Positions 41,666-51,657 of a stretch of DNA of 60,778 nt are shown here, in pieces (position 1 is the first letter of the stretch; every line of letters begins with the position of its first letter). The notes beneath the pieces are model-generated. The model saw only the letters and a program-made list of their open reading frames with translations, searched no databases and had not been told where the DNA came from. Both the position numbers and the translations under genes were made by a program. Source of the DNA: Armatimonadota bacterium (GTDB taxonomy: Bacteria > Armatimonadota > JAAZEB01); assembly GCA_012512505.1 (NCBI GenBank), contig JAAZEB010000080.1, positions 1 to 60,778 on the forward strand, given 5' to 3'.

Positions 41666-42718
41666 ATGACCTCAAAGGAACGGGTGTGGACGCTGCTTCA
41701 GGGAGAGCTGCCGGATCGCTGCCCCTACTTCGACCTGGTGCGCAACGACGCGGTGATCACGCATTTCGCCGGTGAAGCGCTGACGCTGGAGAACGCCCCC
41801 GAGGTAGTCTACCGTGCCGTTTCCCGCGCAGTGGACGCCACCCGGCCGGCGGTGCGGCTTCCGGATCGCGAGGGCGTGGAAGTGCTTCCCGACGGCCGGC
41901 AGATGCGCCGCTTCCGTTGGACCACCTGGATCGACAAGGTGCGCTTCGCGGACACGGAGGCGTTCGCGGCCTGGCTGCGGCAGGCGCTGGAAGCGCCGGT
42001 GGAATGGTCCGCCGCCGATGAGCGGAACGCGCAAGACACCCTGCGCACTTATGCCGATCTGGAAGCGCGCCTGGACGATGTCTTCCTGGTGTGGGGCAGC
42101 GTGTGCGGCGACCCGCTGACCGGCGTCTGCCACACGGTGGGCCTGGAGCAGTTCTCTTACTACCTGGCGGACTGCCCTGATCTGATCGCCGCCTACATCG
42201 AGCACGGGTTTGCCCGCGCGGAGACGCTGGCCCGGCACTTCCCCTTCCCGGCGCACGTGCGCGCCGTCTTCCTCGGCAGCGACATCGCCCTCAACACCGG
42301 GCCGATGTTCCGCCCGGCTTATCTGCGCCAGCACTACTTCCCCGGCATCCACCGCATCGTGGAGGCCTACCACGCCCGCGGTATCAAGGTGCTCTACCAT
42401 TCCGACGGCAACCTGATGCCGATTCTGGATGATCTGGCCGCCTGTGGCATCGATGCCCTGAACCCAATCGAAGTGATCTGCGGCATGGACATCCGGGAGA
42501 TCCACCGGCGCTACCCGCGCCTAGTGCTCGTCGGCGGCATCGACGTGAGTCAGTTGCTCCCGTTCGGCACCCCGCAGCAGGTGCGTGACGCCGTGGTGCG
42601 GGCAATCGAGGATGCCGAGGGGCGGATCATGGTCGGCTCTTCCACCGAACTACAGTACACCGTGCCGCTGGCCAACGCCCTGGCGATGATCGAGGCCGCC
42701 CACGCCTACCGCTACTGA
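41666..42718 (+). CDS. URO-D family protein, MtaA/CmuA-like methyltransferase paralog (fourth in the window)
   Basis: It opens MTSKERVWTLLQGELPDRCPYFD and contains YHSDGNLMPILDDLAACGIDALNPIEV. Confidence 0.85.
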   Translation: MTSKERVWTLLQGELPDRCPYFDLVRNDAVITHFAGEALTLENAPEVVYRAVSRAVDATRPAVRLPDREGVEVLPDGRQMRRFRWTTWIDKVRFADTEAFAAWLRQALEAPVEWSAADERNAQDTLRTYADLEARLDDVFLVWGSVCGDPLTGVCHTVGLEQFSYYLADCPDLIAAYIEHGFARAETLARHFPFPAHVRAVFLGSDIALNTGPMFRPAYLRQHYFPGIHRIVEAYHARGIKVLYHSDGNLMPILDDLAACGIDALNPIEVICGMDIREIHRRYPRLVLVGGIDVSQLLPFGTPQQVRDAVVRAIEDAEGRIMVGSSTELQYTVPLANALAMIEAAHAYRY

Positions 42719-42846
42719 AGGCCGATCATACCTGCTGCATCCTATCGGCGTCTCACCGGCAAGCCCTGGCCATCGGCGGCCCTCGCGCTCAGGCGGGAGC
42801 CGGCGGGGCGTCGGCGATCCGGCCCGTACCGGCCGGCGCGGGCCGG

Positions 42847-45147
42847 CTATTGCTCGGGCTGCACCCGCCAATGGAGGGGTTTGCCAACCTCTTCCATCTG
42901 CTTGATGCCGAGGTAGCCGAGGAGGGCCACCGAGAGCATCCCGTTGGCGGCGGCACGGCCGACGTAACCGGTCTCATCGCGCGGTCGGTCCAGGAAGTCG
43001 CGCCACTCACGCTCCACGCTCCAGGTCCGGTCGAGCCAACGCAGCCACTCGGCGAGGACCGGCTCCGGCCCCACGGTATCGAGGTACTCGGTGAAGAGCC
43101 AGTAGACGTACGGCCCTACCCAGAACTCGGTGGCGGCAGACTGGTCACGGAAGAGCACCCCCTTCACCGTGCAGTGGTCGGTCACGTAGCGGTAGGCTTT
43201 GCGAGCCACCTCGGCGGCGTAGTCGGCGGAAGCCTCACGGCCAGCCAGGCGGTTAGCCAGGTAGACGCCAAAGATCCCTTCGCCAACGTAGATGTTGCCC
43301 AGGAAGGTGTGACAGCCGCCCTCGACGATGTCTTCGCACTGCCAGTCGAACCAGCCATCCGACTTCATCTTCCGGTCGCACCAGCGCACGGTGTTGTCCA
43401 TCACCGTGAACCAGTGGGGCGGCACCGGCTCGCCAAGGAGCTGCCGGGCATAGGCATAGTAGGAGAGGCCCGCGAGCGCGCGGCCGAGGTAGACATCGCA
43501 CTGCCGGCCCTCCTGGTAGTAGGTCACCTGCTGCACGCTGCCATCCCGCTGCTCGTTGAGGGTGAGGTGGCGCAGCACGTGGGGAATGCCGTCGGATTCC
43601 TGCAGCGAGTGGGCCACCAGGTAATCGGCCGACTTCCGGCAGGCGGCACTCAGCGCGCGCGCGTGGGCGCGCCGATCGGGAATGCGGCTGTAGTGGATGA
43701 TCGCGTAGGTGAGGGCGCGCATCCACTCGCCGATCTGGTTGCTGTCGTAAGAGCCGAAGCCCATCACGCCGCCGCCCCGGCCGATGCCGGCCTGCTCCAA
43801 CTCGTTGGTCATCATGATCGTGCCGCCGGAGGGCGCCTGCATCTTGGTGATCATGTGCCGGATGCTGTCGTCCAGCAGCCACTCGGCGAAGCGGGCGCGC
43901 TGCAAGTCGCCGCTCTTGCGGAACGCCTCCGCCGCCAGCGCCAGGCCGGTGTCGCCCGCCTCGTTCCCCTCGGTGTGTTTCCAGGTGCAGTCGGCGTAGA
44001 GGCGAAGGAACTCGGCGTAGGTGCGGCGGTTCAGCGGGTCGTAGGTGTGCGGCAGCGCCGCCCGGCACCAGCCCATGATGTCGCCGTGGAGCAGGTCGCG
44101 CAGCCACAGCACCATGCCGGTGCGCAGCGAGAGCACGGTGTAGGTCATGCTCTCGCCCTGCTTCCGCACGTAGAGGTCATCGGCGCCCACGCGCCCGTCC
44201 AGCAGCGACTTGCCGGCACGGCGCACGTCGAGGGTCACCAGATAGTAGCCGGGCGGAAGCGGGCCGGTCGTCAGAGTCCGGCGCAGGCGGGTGACGCGGC
44301 CGGCCGGCACCGAACGCCCGAGGCGGAGAGTGTGCCAGGTCGTCTTCTTGCTGAAAACCTCGTACAGCTTCAGGCGCAGCGTGTCGCTGGGGCGCAGCGA
44401 GACGCCCGGACCGGTTCCGAGGACGAGGAGCGCGGGAAGGGTGCGGGTGCCGGCGGGCCGGATCACGATCCGCTCGCTGCTGTCGCCGCGTTCGCCCACC
44501 CACAGCGCCATCGCCGCCTGCCCGGCCGCCAGATCCTCCAACTCGCGGCGCGTCTCCAGGAGCTGGAAGCCGCCAATCTCGAAGGTCATCTCGTCGCCGT
44601 CGTCGTACTCGTTCTCGCTCAGGAAGAAGTGAAGGCGCTCCACCCGATCGAGACGCGGCACCGCGGCAAGCGAGTGGGTGACCTGGATCCACCGACCGGG
44701 GCGCACGCCGGGGATCCGCTCGTTGATGCGCCCCGCCCCATCCGTCCAGAGGATGAAGCGCAGCGCCTGCTCGCGCTCCAGCTTCGTCTCGCAGCGGATC
44801 CAGTAGCGGATCAGGCCGTAGCCGCTGAAGTCGAGGTTTGGTCGCGGCTGCACCTCGAACGCCGGCCACCCCTGGCCGTTGGAATAATCGATCTTCACCT
44901 GGAAGCGGAAGTAAGGCCCGCCCCAGGGGCCGTTCTCCTGCGAGCGCGAGAGCACCCCCTCCTTGCCGCCGGTGCTCGCCCAGGGGAGGTCGAACACCGC
45001 CGCGAGCGGCTTCGCGGTTTCCTCCACCGGTTTCTCAACCCACTGCTGCCAGGGCAGCAACCGCTCCGGGGCCGCCGTGGCCGGTCGGGCATCCAGGCCA
45101 ATTCCCGCGGCGGCAAGCAGAAGAAGGAGGCCAATCGCTCGCAGCAT
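42847..45147 (-). CDS. Large secreted protein of unknown function: N-terminal beta-rich half and C-terminal helical (alpha/alpha-toroid-like) half
   Basis: The internal ATG at 45147 gives the signal peptide MLRAIGLLLLLAAAGIGLDARPATA. The protein is about 766 aa. I recognise no catalytic motif. Confidence 0.65.
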   Translation of the reverse strand: MLRAIGLLLLLAAAGIGLDARPATAAPERLLPWQQWVEKPVEETAKPLAAVFDLPWASTGGKEGVLSRSQENGPWGGPYFRFQVKIDYSNGQGWPAFEVQPRPNLDFSGYGLIRYWIRCETKLEREQALRFILWTDGAGRINERIPGVRPGRWIQVTHSLAAVPRLDRVERLHFFLSENEYDDGDEMTFEIGGFQLLETRRELEDLAAGQAAMALWVGERGDSSERIVIRPAGTRTLPALLVLGTGPGVSLRPSDTLRLKLYEVFSKKTTWHTLRLGRSVPAGRVTRLRRTLTTGPLPPGYYLVTLDVRRAGKSLLDGRVGADDLYVRKQGESMTYTVLSLRTGMVLWLRDLLHGDIMGWCRAALPHTYDPLNRRTYAEFLRLYADCTWKHTEGNEAGDTGLALAAEAFRKSGDLQRARFAEWLLDDSIRHMITKMQAPSGGTIMMTNELEQAGIGRGGGVMGFGSYDSNQIGEWMRALTYAIIHYSRIPDRRAHARALSAACRKSADYLVAHSLQESDGIPHVLRHLTLNEQRDGSVQQVTYYQEGRQCDVYLGRALAGLSYYAYARQLLGEPVPPHWFTVMDNTVRWCDRKMKSDGWFDWQCEDIVEGGCHTFLGNIYVGEGIFGVYLANRLAGREASADYAAEVARKAYRYVTDHCTVKGVLFRDQSAATEFWVGPYVYWLFTEYLDTVGPEPVLAEWLRWLDRTWSVEREWRDFLDRPRDETGYVGRAAANGMLSVALLGYLGIKQMEEVGKPLHWRVQPEQ

Positions 45148-45215
45148 CAGGTTTCCTTTCGTTCGCGGTGGCGTCGGCCGGCCGCCGGTAAGGCGCCAGG
45201 ATGCCGGCGTTGCCC

Positions 45216-46544
45216 TCACAGCTTCGCCAGGGCGGCCTCAAAGAGGTCCAGGCTCTCGTGGGCCTCGGCCTCGGTGATCACCAGGGGCGGGGCCACGCGG
45301 ATCACGTTGCCGAAGACACCCACCGAGCCGATCAGCAGCCCTTCCTCCGCGGCCAGGCCGATCAGGCGGCGGGTCAACTCCGGCGCCGGCTCCTTCGTCG
45401 TCTTGTCTTTCACCAGTTCAACGCCGAAGACCAGGCCCATGCCGCGCACGTCGCCCACGTAGGGGCTGCGCTCCTGGATCTCGCGGAGGCGCGCCTGGAA
45501 GAGCTCGCCCATGCGGCGGGCGTTCTCCACCAGCCCCTCCCGCTGCAGGATCTCGATGACGGCGGTGACGGCCGCCGAGCAGACCGGGTTGCCCCCCATG
45601 GTGCTGCTCATCTCCCCCGGGCCGAGCACGCCGATCACCTCGCCGCGCGCGGCAATGGCCGAGACCGGCACGCTGCTGCCGATTCCCTTGCCGATGCAGA
45701 GGAGGTCCGGTTGCAGCCCTTCCCACTCCAGCGCCCAGAACTTGCCGGTGCGCCCGAAGGAGGCCTGCACCTCGTCCAGCGTGAAGAGGATGCCCCGCGC
45801 GCGGATCCACTGTTCGAGGCGCTTCAGCCACCCTTGCGGGGGAAAGATGAAGCCGGCCGCGCCCTGGTACGGCTCGACGATCACCCCGGCCAGGCTGCCG
45901 GTGCTCTCTGCCCGCACCACGTCGTCCAGGAACTCCAGGCACAGCAGGCCGCACGAGTCGGGGTTTGCCCGGAAGGGGCAGCGGTAGCAGTAAGGATAGG
46001 GCACGCGGATCGCCCCGGGGAGGGTTGGGCCGTAGCCCTTCTTCGGGCCAGGCAGGCCGCCAGCGGCGGCGGCGGCATAGGTGCGCCCGTGGAACGCCCC
46101 ATAGAAGCTGACTACCTCCCAGTTACCGCTGTGCCGCTTCATGATCCGCAGGGCAGCTTCCACCGCCTCGCTGCCGGTGCTCAGGAAGAAGCACTGGTCG
46201 AGGTGCGGCGGGGTGACCGAGATCAGCTTCTCGGCGGCTAGCACGCGCGGCTCGTTGGCGCACTCGTAGTTGTTCAGCAGCTTTTCGGACGCCTGCTGAA
46301 GGGCGCGCACCAGATCCGGGTGGCAGTGGCCCACGTTCGTCACCAGCACCCCGGAAGTCCAATCGAGGAACGTGTTGCCATCCACGTCGTGGACCACCAC
46401 GCCGCGGGCACGGTCCCACACCACCGGCGCCTGGAAGCCGGTACACTGCGCCTCCACCTTCTGCCAGCGTTCCAGCAGTGCGCGCGAGCGCGGCCCCGGC
46501 AGGGGTCCCTTCACACACGCCACCTTCGTTCTCTTCTCCATCAT
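45216..46544 (-). CDS. Class III PLP-dependent aminotransferase (GabT/ArgD-like)
   Basis: It contains LSTGSEAVEAAL, FTLDEVQASFGRTGKFWA (the DEVQ...GRTGK lysine motif) and GGNPV. Confidence 0.9.
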   Translation of the reverse strand: MMEKRTKVACVKGPLPGPRSRALLERWQKVEAQCTGFQAPVVWDRARGVVVHDVDGNTFLDWTSGVLVTNVGHCHPDLVRALQQASEKLLNNYECANEPRVLAAEKLISVTPPHLDQCFFLSTGSEAVEAALRIMKRHSGNWEVVSFYGAFHGRTYAAAAAGGLPGPKKGYGPTLPGAIRVPYPYCYRCPFRANPDSCGLLCLEFLDDVVRAESTGSLAGVIVEPYQGAAGFIFPPQGWLKRLEQWIRARGILFTLDEVQASFGRTGKFWALEWEGLQPDLLCIGKGIGSSVPVSAIAARGEVIGVLGPGEMSSTMGGNPVCSAAVTAVIEILQREGLVENARRMGELFQARLREIQERSPYVGDVRGMGLVFGVELVKDKTTKEPAPELTRRLIGLAAEEGLLIGSVGVFGNVIRVAPPLVITEAEAHESLDLFEAALAKL

Positions 46545-46629
46545 TCAATCCTCACCCCAAAACGGCGCCACCGCGGCAGCCGCCGATGATCGATGCGCAA
46601 CGGCCGCGCCCCAACAACCCGCCGCCAGG

Positions 46630-47616
46630 TCAGGCCAACGTCTGCGGGTTGACACAGTAGCGCGGCGGCAGGCCGGCCACGAAGCGGTCGACCTCCTCGA
46701 TAATGATCTCGCGGATGCGCCAGGCCGCGTCTTCGGAGTACCAGGCCAGGTGGGGCGTCAGCAGCGCGTTTGGCAGGCCGAACAGCGGGTAGTCGGGCTC
46801 CGGCGGCTCCCGGTCGAACACGTCGATCGCCGCGCCAGCAATCGTGCCGTTCCGCAGCGCCTCGGCCAGCGCCTGGTGATCCACCATCGGCCCGCGCGAG
46901 GTGTTCACCAGGTAGGCCGTGGGCTTCATCAGCGCCAGCGTCTTGGCGTTCACCAGGTGGCGCGTCTCCTCCGTCAGCGGCGTGTGGATGGTGATCAGGT
47001 CGGCGTTGCGGAACACCGTCTCCTGGTCCACCACCGTGATGCCCAGCTCCCGCTGGCGCTCCTCACTGAGGTAAGGGTCGCAAATCAGGAAATCGCAACC
47101 GAAGGAGCGCAGTTTCTCGTAGACCCGGCTGCCGATGCGCCCGCAGCCGATGATGCCGATCTTCTTGCCGGCAATGCGGAACACCGGGATGACGGCGGTG
47201 AAATCCCACTGCCCCCGCGCCGAGGATTCTTCCAGCACCTTGCGGCTTTCCGCGAGGCGGCGCGCGCCAGCGAAGAGAAGCGCGATGGCGTGCTCGGCCA
47301 CCTCCTCGGTGCAGTAGTCGGGGATGTAACACAGCGGGATGCCGGCCTGGGTGAGCGCCGGCACATCGACGTTGTCATAGCCGACGCCGTGCCGGATCAC
47401 CAGCCGCGGCTTCTCCCAGCCGGCCACCACCTCCGGGGTGATCTTCACCATGTTCACCACCACGATGTCTGCATCGCGGGTGGCCTCGATCACCCGGGCG
47501 GCCGGCGCAAACTTGAGTTGGTGGCAGCCAAAGGCGATGCCGCGCTTTGCCAGCTCCGCCGCTTCCCACTCCAGGTCCGGCTCGATGTAATCCGTTACCA
47601 CGCACTTCACGCCCAT
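46630..47616 (-). CDS. D-isomer-specific 2-hydroxyacid dehydrogenase
   Basis: The NAD motif is GIIGCGRIGSRV, and it contains NTSRGPMVD and TPHLAWYS (the catalytic Arg/Glu/His region). Confidence 0.9.
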   Translation of the reverse strand: MGVKCVVTDYIEPDLEWEAAELAKRGIAFGCHQLKFAPAARVIEATRDADIVVVNMVKITPEVVAGWEKPRLVIRHGVGYDNVDVPALTQAGIPLCYIPDYCTEEVAEHAIALLFAGARRLAESRKVLEESSARGQWDFTAVIPVFRIAGKKIGIIGCGRIGSRVYEKLRSFGCDFLICDPYLSEERQRELGITVVDQETVFRNADLITIHTPLTEETRHLVNAKTLALMKPTAYLVNTSRGPMVDHQALAEALRNGTIAGAAIDVFDREPPEPDYPLFGLPNALLTPHLAWYSEDAAWRIREIIIEEVDRFVAGLPPRYCVNPQTLA

Positions 47617-47696
47617 GGCTACTCCAGCCTATCGGGGGCAGTGGTGAAGGGAGTGGTGGCGTGCTGGGGATTCCCGCACGCCACGGCCCCATCCCC

Positions 47697-48752
47697 TCAC
47701 ACCCGCACCGCGGCGCCGCTTTGCGCCGAGCGGTAAATCGCCTCGACCACCTGCAGGGCACGCAGGCCATCCTCGCCGGTGATCGCCGCCGGCTTGCCTT
47801 CGCGGATCGCGGCGACCAACTCGTCGATGAACTGCTGGCCCATGATGCCGCTGTAGCCCGCCGCCGTGGTCAGCTCGAAGTTGAGGTGCCGGCGCGGCGC
47901 GGAGGCGAAGTCCCCGCTGTCGCTGCAGACAAAGAGCGTCTCGCGCACGCCCTCGTAGGAGGGGGTCCAGGCCAGGGTGCCCCCGGTGCCGCGCAGCGAT
48001 AGCGAGAGGTCGCGGCCGTAAGGGTAGGCGTCTGGCACGGTGTAGCTGATGTCGAGGGCGATCACCGTGCCGCGCGAGAAGGTGAGCAGGGCGAAGGAGT
48101 TGTCCTCGATGTCGTACTCCTGGTTCACCTTCACGTTCTTGCCGAAGACTTCGACCACCTCATCGTCCAGCATCCAGCGGTAGAGGTCGATCCAGTGGAC
48201 ACCGAGGTTGAACATCGGGCCACCGCCGCTGAGGGCGCGCGTGAGCATCCAGCGGGCGTTGCCCTCGATGTAGCGGTGCAGACGGCCGGCGGCGCAGCGC
48301 CCCTCGCCGCCGACGGGGCTGCCCAGCACGCCTTGCTGCACCAGGCGCCGCATCTCCCGGGCCACCGGGTGATAGCGCCAGCAGTAGGCGGTGCTCAGCA
48401 GCACGCCCGCCTGCTGCGTGGCGGTGATCATCCGCTGCACGCCGGCGGCACTGGCGGCCATCGGCTTCTCCACCAGCACGTGGATCCGGCGCTCGGCGCA
48501 GGCGACGGCCGCGTCCGGGCACTCTGCGTGCGGCAGGAAGATCACCGCCAGATCGAGCGATTCTTTGTCGAGCATCTCCCGCCAGTCGGCGTAGCCGTGC
48601 ACCGGGAACTCCCGGGTGAAGGCGTCGAGCACCGCCGGGTTGGCCTCGGCTACGGCGACGACCGGCGCATCCGCGGTGGCTGCGAAGAGCGGCATGTAGC
48701 TGCGTGGGTGCAGGTGAGCGAGCCCGATGAAACCGACAGACAACGTGCGCAT
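47697..48752 (-). CDS. Gfo/Idh/MocA family oxidoreductase
   Basis: The internal ATG at 48752 follows GGAGG. It opens MRTLSVGFIGLAHLH and contains the VEKPMA motif. The upstream 157 codons of the ORF have no support. Confidence 0.85.
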   Translation of the reverse strand: MRTLSVGFIGLAHLHPRSYMPLFAATADAPVVAVAEANPAVLDAFTREFPVHGYADWREMLDKESLDLAVIFLPHAECPDAAVACAERRIHVLVEKPMAASAAGVQRMITATQQAGVLLSTAYCWRYHPVAREMRRLVQQGVLGSPVGGEGRCAAGRLHRYIEGNARWMLTRALSGGGPMFNLGVHWIDLYRWMLDDEVVEVFGKNVKVNQEYDIEDNSFALLTFSRGTVIALDISYTVPDAYPYGRDLSLSLRGTGGTLAWTPSYEGVRETLFVCSDSGDFASAPRRHLNFELTTAAGYSGIMGQQFIDELVAAIREGKPAAITGEDGLRALQVVEAIYRSAQSGAAVRV

Positions 48753-48875
48753 GGGGCGAGGCGACCTCCAATCGTTGATATCGTTTTCTTGGCGGCGCCC
48801 GGGGGCGTTTCCTGCTTGCGTCTGGCCCGCAGGAGCTGCCCGGCCGCCGGGCGAACTGGGCAGCAGGAGCAGGTG

Positions 48876-49301
48876 ATGGCGACCGAGTTGATCTACGAAC
48901 TGAATGGTCCGGTGCGGCCGGAGGAGGTGAACGCCCTCTACGCGGCCGTTGGCTGGCCCACGCGCCCGCTCGCCGTGGTTGCCGGCTCGATGGCCGGTTC
49001 CACCGCCTACGTGACCGTGCGCGATGGCGACCGGCTGGTGGGCACCGGCCGGCTCCTCTCCGACGGCCACGTCCTCGGCTACATCAACAGCATGGTGATC
49101 CACCCCGACTACCAGGGGCGGGGGATCGGCAGCCGTATCCTGGAGATGCTGACGGAACAGGCGCGCGGCCTGGAGATGCTGTTTCTCTACACCGACAGCG
49201 CCGACGCGTTCTACCAGCGCCACGGTTTCGAGCGCTCGGAGAAACGCCTCTACGTGAAGCGCTGGCCTGGCAGTGCCACGGGGCGCGAAGAGGTGGGGTA
49301 G
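48876..49301 (+). CDS. GNAT-family N-acetyltransferase
   Basis: An ATG at 48876 opens a 141-aa protein. Motif A is HPDYQGRGIGSRIL, and YQRHGFE lies near the C-terminus. Confidence 0.8.
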   Translation: MATELIYELNGPVRPEEVNALYAAVGWPTRPLAVVAGSMAGSTAYVTVRDGDRLVGTGRLLSDGHVLGYINSMVIHPDYQGRGIGSRILEMLTEQARGLEMLFLYTDSADAFYQRHGFERSEKRLYVKRWPGSATGREEVG

Positions 49302-49340
49302 CGGGCGCGGGCTCGTCTACCTGGATGGGAGAACTAAGCG

Positions 49341-50588
49341 ATGGCCCAACTGGCTCTTGCGGCGGTCCAGACCGCGGTGGAGGCACTGCTCCCAGAGGCG
49401 GAGCGGCTGCTGTGTGAGCTGATCCGCCTCCCCTCCACGCCCGGCCAGGAGGCCGCGGCGATGGAGTGTGCCGCCCGCTACTTCGCGGAACTGGGCACGG
49501 TGGAGCGCATTCCCCTCAGCAACGCGCTTCGCGAGGACGAGGATTACTCCGCCCCGATCCCCGACCTGCAGTACGACGGCCGCTGCAACCTGCGCGTGCG
49601 CCTGCCGGGCACCGGCGGGGGGCGGTCGCTGCTGTTCAACACGCACCTCGACGTGGTGCCGCCCTCGCCGGGGCAGGAGCAGCCGTTCGAGCCACGGGTG
49701 GTCGGCGGCGTGGTGTTGGGCCGGGGGGCGTGCGACGCCAAAGGCCAGGTGGCCGCGCTTTTCCTGGCGCTGGCGGCCTTGCGCCGTCTGGGCGTGTCGC
49801 TGAAAGGCGACGTGCTGGCGCACCTGGTGGTGGAGGAGGAGGTGGGCGGCAACGGCACCCTGGCGATGGTGCGCCACGGCGAGCAGGCCGATGCCTGCAT
49901 CGTGATGGAGCCCACCGACGCGCGCATCTTCTCCTCGGTGCGCGGCGCGGTGTGGTTCCGCGTGACCTGCACCGGCAAGGCGGGGCACAGCGGCCGCGCC
50001 GGCGACACGGTGAGCGCCCTGAAGATGGCAACGCGGGTGATGGCGATCCTGGAGGAGTACCACGCGCGCTTGCTGGCGGCCAGCCGTGGCATTCCCCTCT
50101 TCGACACCTTCCCCAACCCGATGCCGCTCACTTTCGGCAAGCTGCAGGCGGGCAACTGGCCGGCTACGGCGCCCAGCCAGGCCATCCTGGAAGGGGTACT
50201 CGGGCTGCTGCCGAATAAGACTCGTTACCAGGTGATGGAGGAGATGCGCCAGGCGATCGCGGCCGGCGGTGACGAGTGGCTGCGCGAGCACTGCACCCTC
50301 CAGTTCCTGTACCGCCACGATGCCCACGTCACGTCCACCGATCACCCGCTGGTGACCGGTCTGCAGGCGTGCTGCCGCGAGACGGGCGCCACCGGCGAGG
50401 TGACGGCGATGACCGCCTCCTGCGACTCCTGGTTCTACAGCAACCAGTTGGGAATCCCCACGGTGGTCTTCGGGCCAGGCAGCCTGCGCTTCGCGCACTC
50501 CAACGAGGAGCAGATCGCCCTGGCCGACCTCGCGGCCGCCGCGGCGATCCTGGCGCGGTTCGTGGCGCGATGGTGTGAGGAAGGGTAG
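49341..50588 (+). CDS. M20-family metallohydrolase (ArgE/DapE-like deacylase)
   Basis: It contains FNTHLDVVPP, RGACDAKG and EEEVGGNG, the metal-ligand motifs of the family. Confidence 0.85.
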   Translation: MAQLALAAVQTAVEALLPEAERLLCELIRLPSTPGQEAAAMECAARYFAELGTVERIPLSNALREDEDYSAPIPDLQYDGRCNLRVRLPGTGGGRSLLFNTHLDVVPPSPGQEQPFEPRVVGGVVLGRGACDAKGQVAALFLALAALRRLGVSLKGDVLAHLVVEEEVGGNGTLAMVRHGEQADACIVMEPTDARIFSSVRGAVWFRVTCTGKAGHSGRAGDTVSALKMATRVMAILEEYHARLLAASRGIPLFDTFPNPMPLTFGKLQAGNWPATAPSQAILEGVLGLLPNKTRYQVMEEMRQAIAAGGDEWLREHCTLQFLYRHDAHVTSTDHPLVTGLQACCRETGATGEVTAMTASCDSWFYSNQLGIPTVVFGPGSLRFAHSNEEQIALADLAAAAAILARFVARWCEEG

Positions 50589-50594
50589 ATTCGC

Positions 50595-51629
50595 ATGCTG
50601 GCGCTGATGAAGACGCAGAAGGGCGTCGGGTTTCTGGAGCTGCGCGAGGTGCCGGAGCCGGTGCCTGGGCCGGGCGAGGTGCTGATCGAGGTGAAAGCCT
50701 GCGGCATCTGCGGCACCGACCTGCACGTGCTGCACGACCAGTTCCCCTACTGGCCGCCGGTGATCCTCGGGCACGAGTTCGCCGGCCAGGTGGTGGCCTT
50801 GGGGCCAGACGTGACGCGCACCCAGGTGGGCGACCGGGTGGTGGGCGAACCACACACCCAGGCGTGCGGACACTGCTACCTCTGCCGCACCGGCAACATC
50901 CAGATCTGCCCAGACAAGCGCTCGCCAGGCTGGGGCATTGATGGCGCCTTCGCCCGCTACCTGAAGATGCCGGAGCGTCTCCTGCACCGCATCCCGGACG
51001 AGATGAGCTACGACGTGGCCGCCGTGGTGGAACCGACCGCCAACACCGTCCACGACGTGGTGGAACGGGCGAAGGTGGAAGCAGGCGATCTGGTAGTGGT
51101 CCTCGGCCCGGGGCCGATCGGGCTGCTGGCGGCACTGACCGCCCGCGCCGGCGGTGCCCGCCACATCGTGATGGTCGGCACGCCGGCCGACGAGGCAATC
51201 CGGCTGAAGAAGGCACGCGCCCTCGGCTTCGAGACGGTGATCAACGTGGCGGAGCAGAACCCCCTGGAAGTGGTGCGCGACCTGACCGGCGGCATCGGCG
51301 CCGACCTGGTGGTGGAATGCAGCGGTGCCGCGCCGGCCATCGCCTCCACCGTGGAACTGGTCCGCAAGAAGGGGCGCATCTGCGCCATCGGCCTCACCGG
51401 CAAGGAGTCGATCAGCTTCCCTTGGGACAAGGCGGCCGCCAAGGTAGTGGACCTGTTTTTCAGCATGTCGACTAGCCACACCAGTTGGAACCGGACGATC
51501 CACCTGATCGCCACCGGGCGCATCCCGGCTGGCGAGGTGATCACCCACCGGTTCCCCCTGACCGAGTGGCAGCAGGCGTTCGAGGAGGTCGAGGCGCAGC
51601 GGACGCTGAAGGTGCTGCTGGTACCCTGA
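50595..51629 (+). CDS. Zinc-dependent medium-chain alcohol/polyol dehydrogenase (threonine/sorbitol-DH-like)
   Basis: It has CGICGTDLH, GHEFAG and the structural-zinc CGHCYLCRTGNIQIC, plus the GPGPIGLL Rossmann motif. It starts 6 nt after the M20 gene. Confidence 0.9.
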   Translation: MLALMKTQKGVGFLELREVPEPVPGPGEVLIEVKACGICGTDLHVLHDQFPYWPPVILGHEFAGQVVALGPDVTRTQVGDRVVGEPHTQACGHCYLCRTGNIQICPDKRSPGWGIDGAFARYLKMPERLLHRIPDEMSYDVAAVVEPTANTVHDVVERAKVEAGDLVVVLGPGPIGLLAALTARAGGARHIVMVGTPADEAIRLKKARALGFETVINVAEQNPLEVVRDLTGGIGADLVVECSGAAPAIASTVELVRKKGRICAIGLTGKESISFPWDKAAAKVVDLFFSMSTSHTSWNRTIHLIATGRIPAGEVITHRFPLTEWQQAFEEVEAQRTLKVLLVP

Positions 51630-51643
51630 CGCAGGATGCGTAG

Positions 51644-51657
51644 CAAGTGACAAGTGA
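51644..51657. repeat. Heptamer CAAGTGA x2
   Basis: caagtgacaagtga is read directly, 15 nt after the dehydrogenase stop codon. Confidence 0.7.

Noticed and set aside
42850-45462. 870-aa plus-strand ORF
   Set aside because: It is antisense to the secreted 766-aa protein and to the end of the aminotransferase gene. It is low-complexity, R/A/G/H-rich and has no motif.
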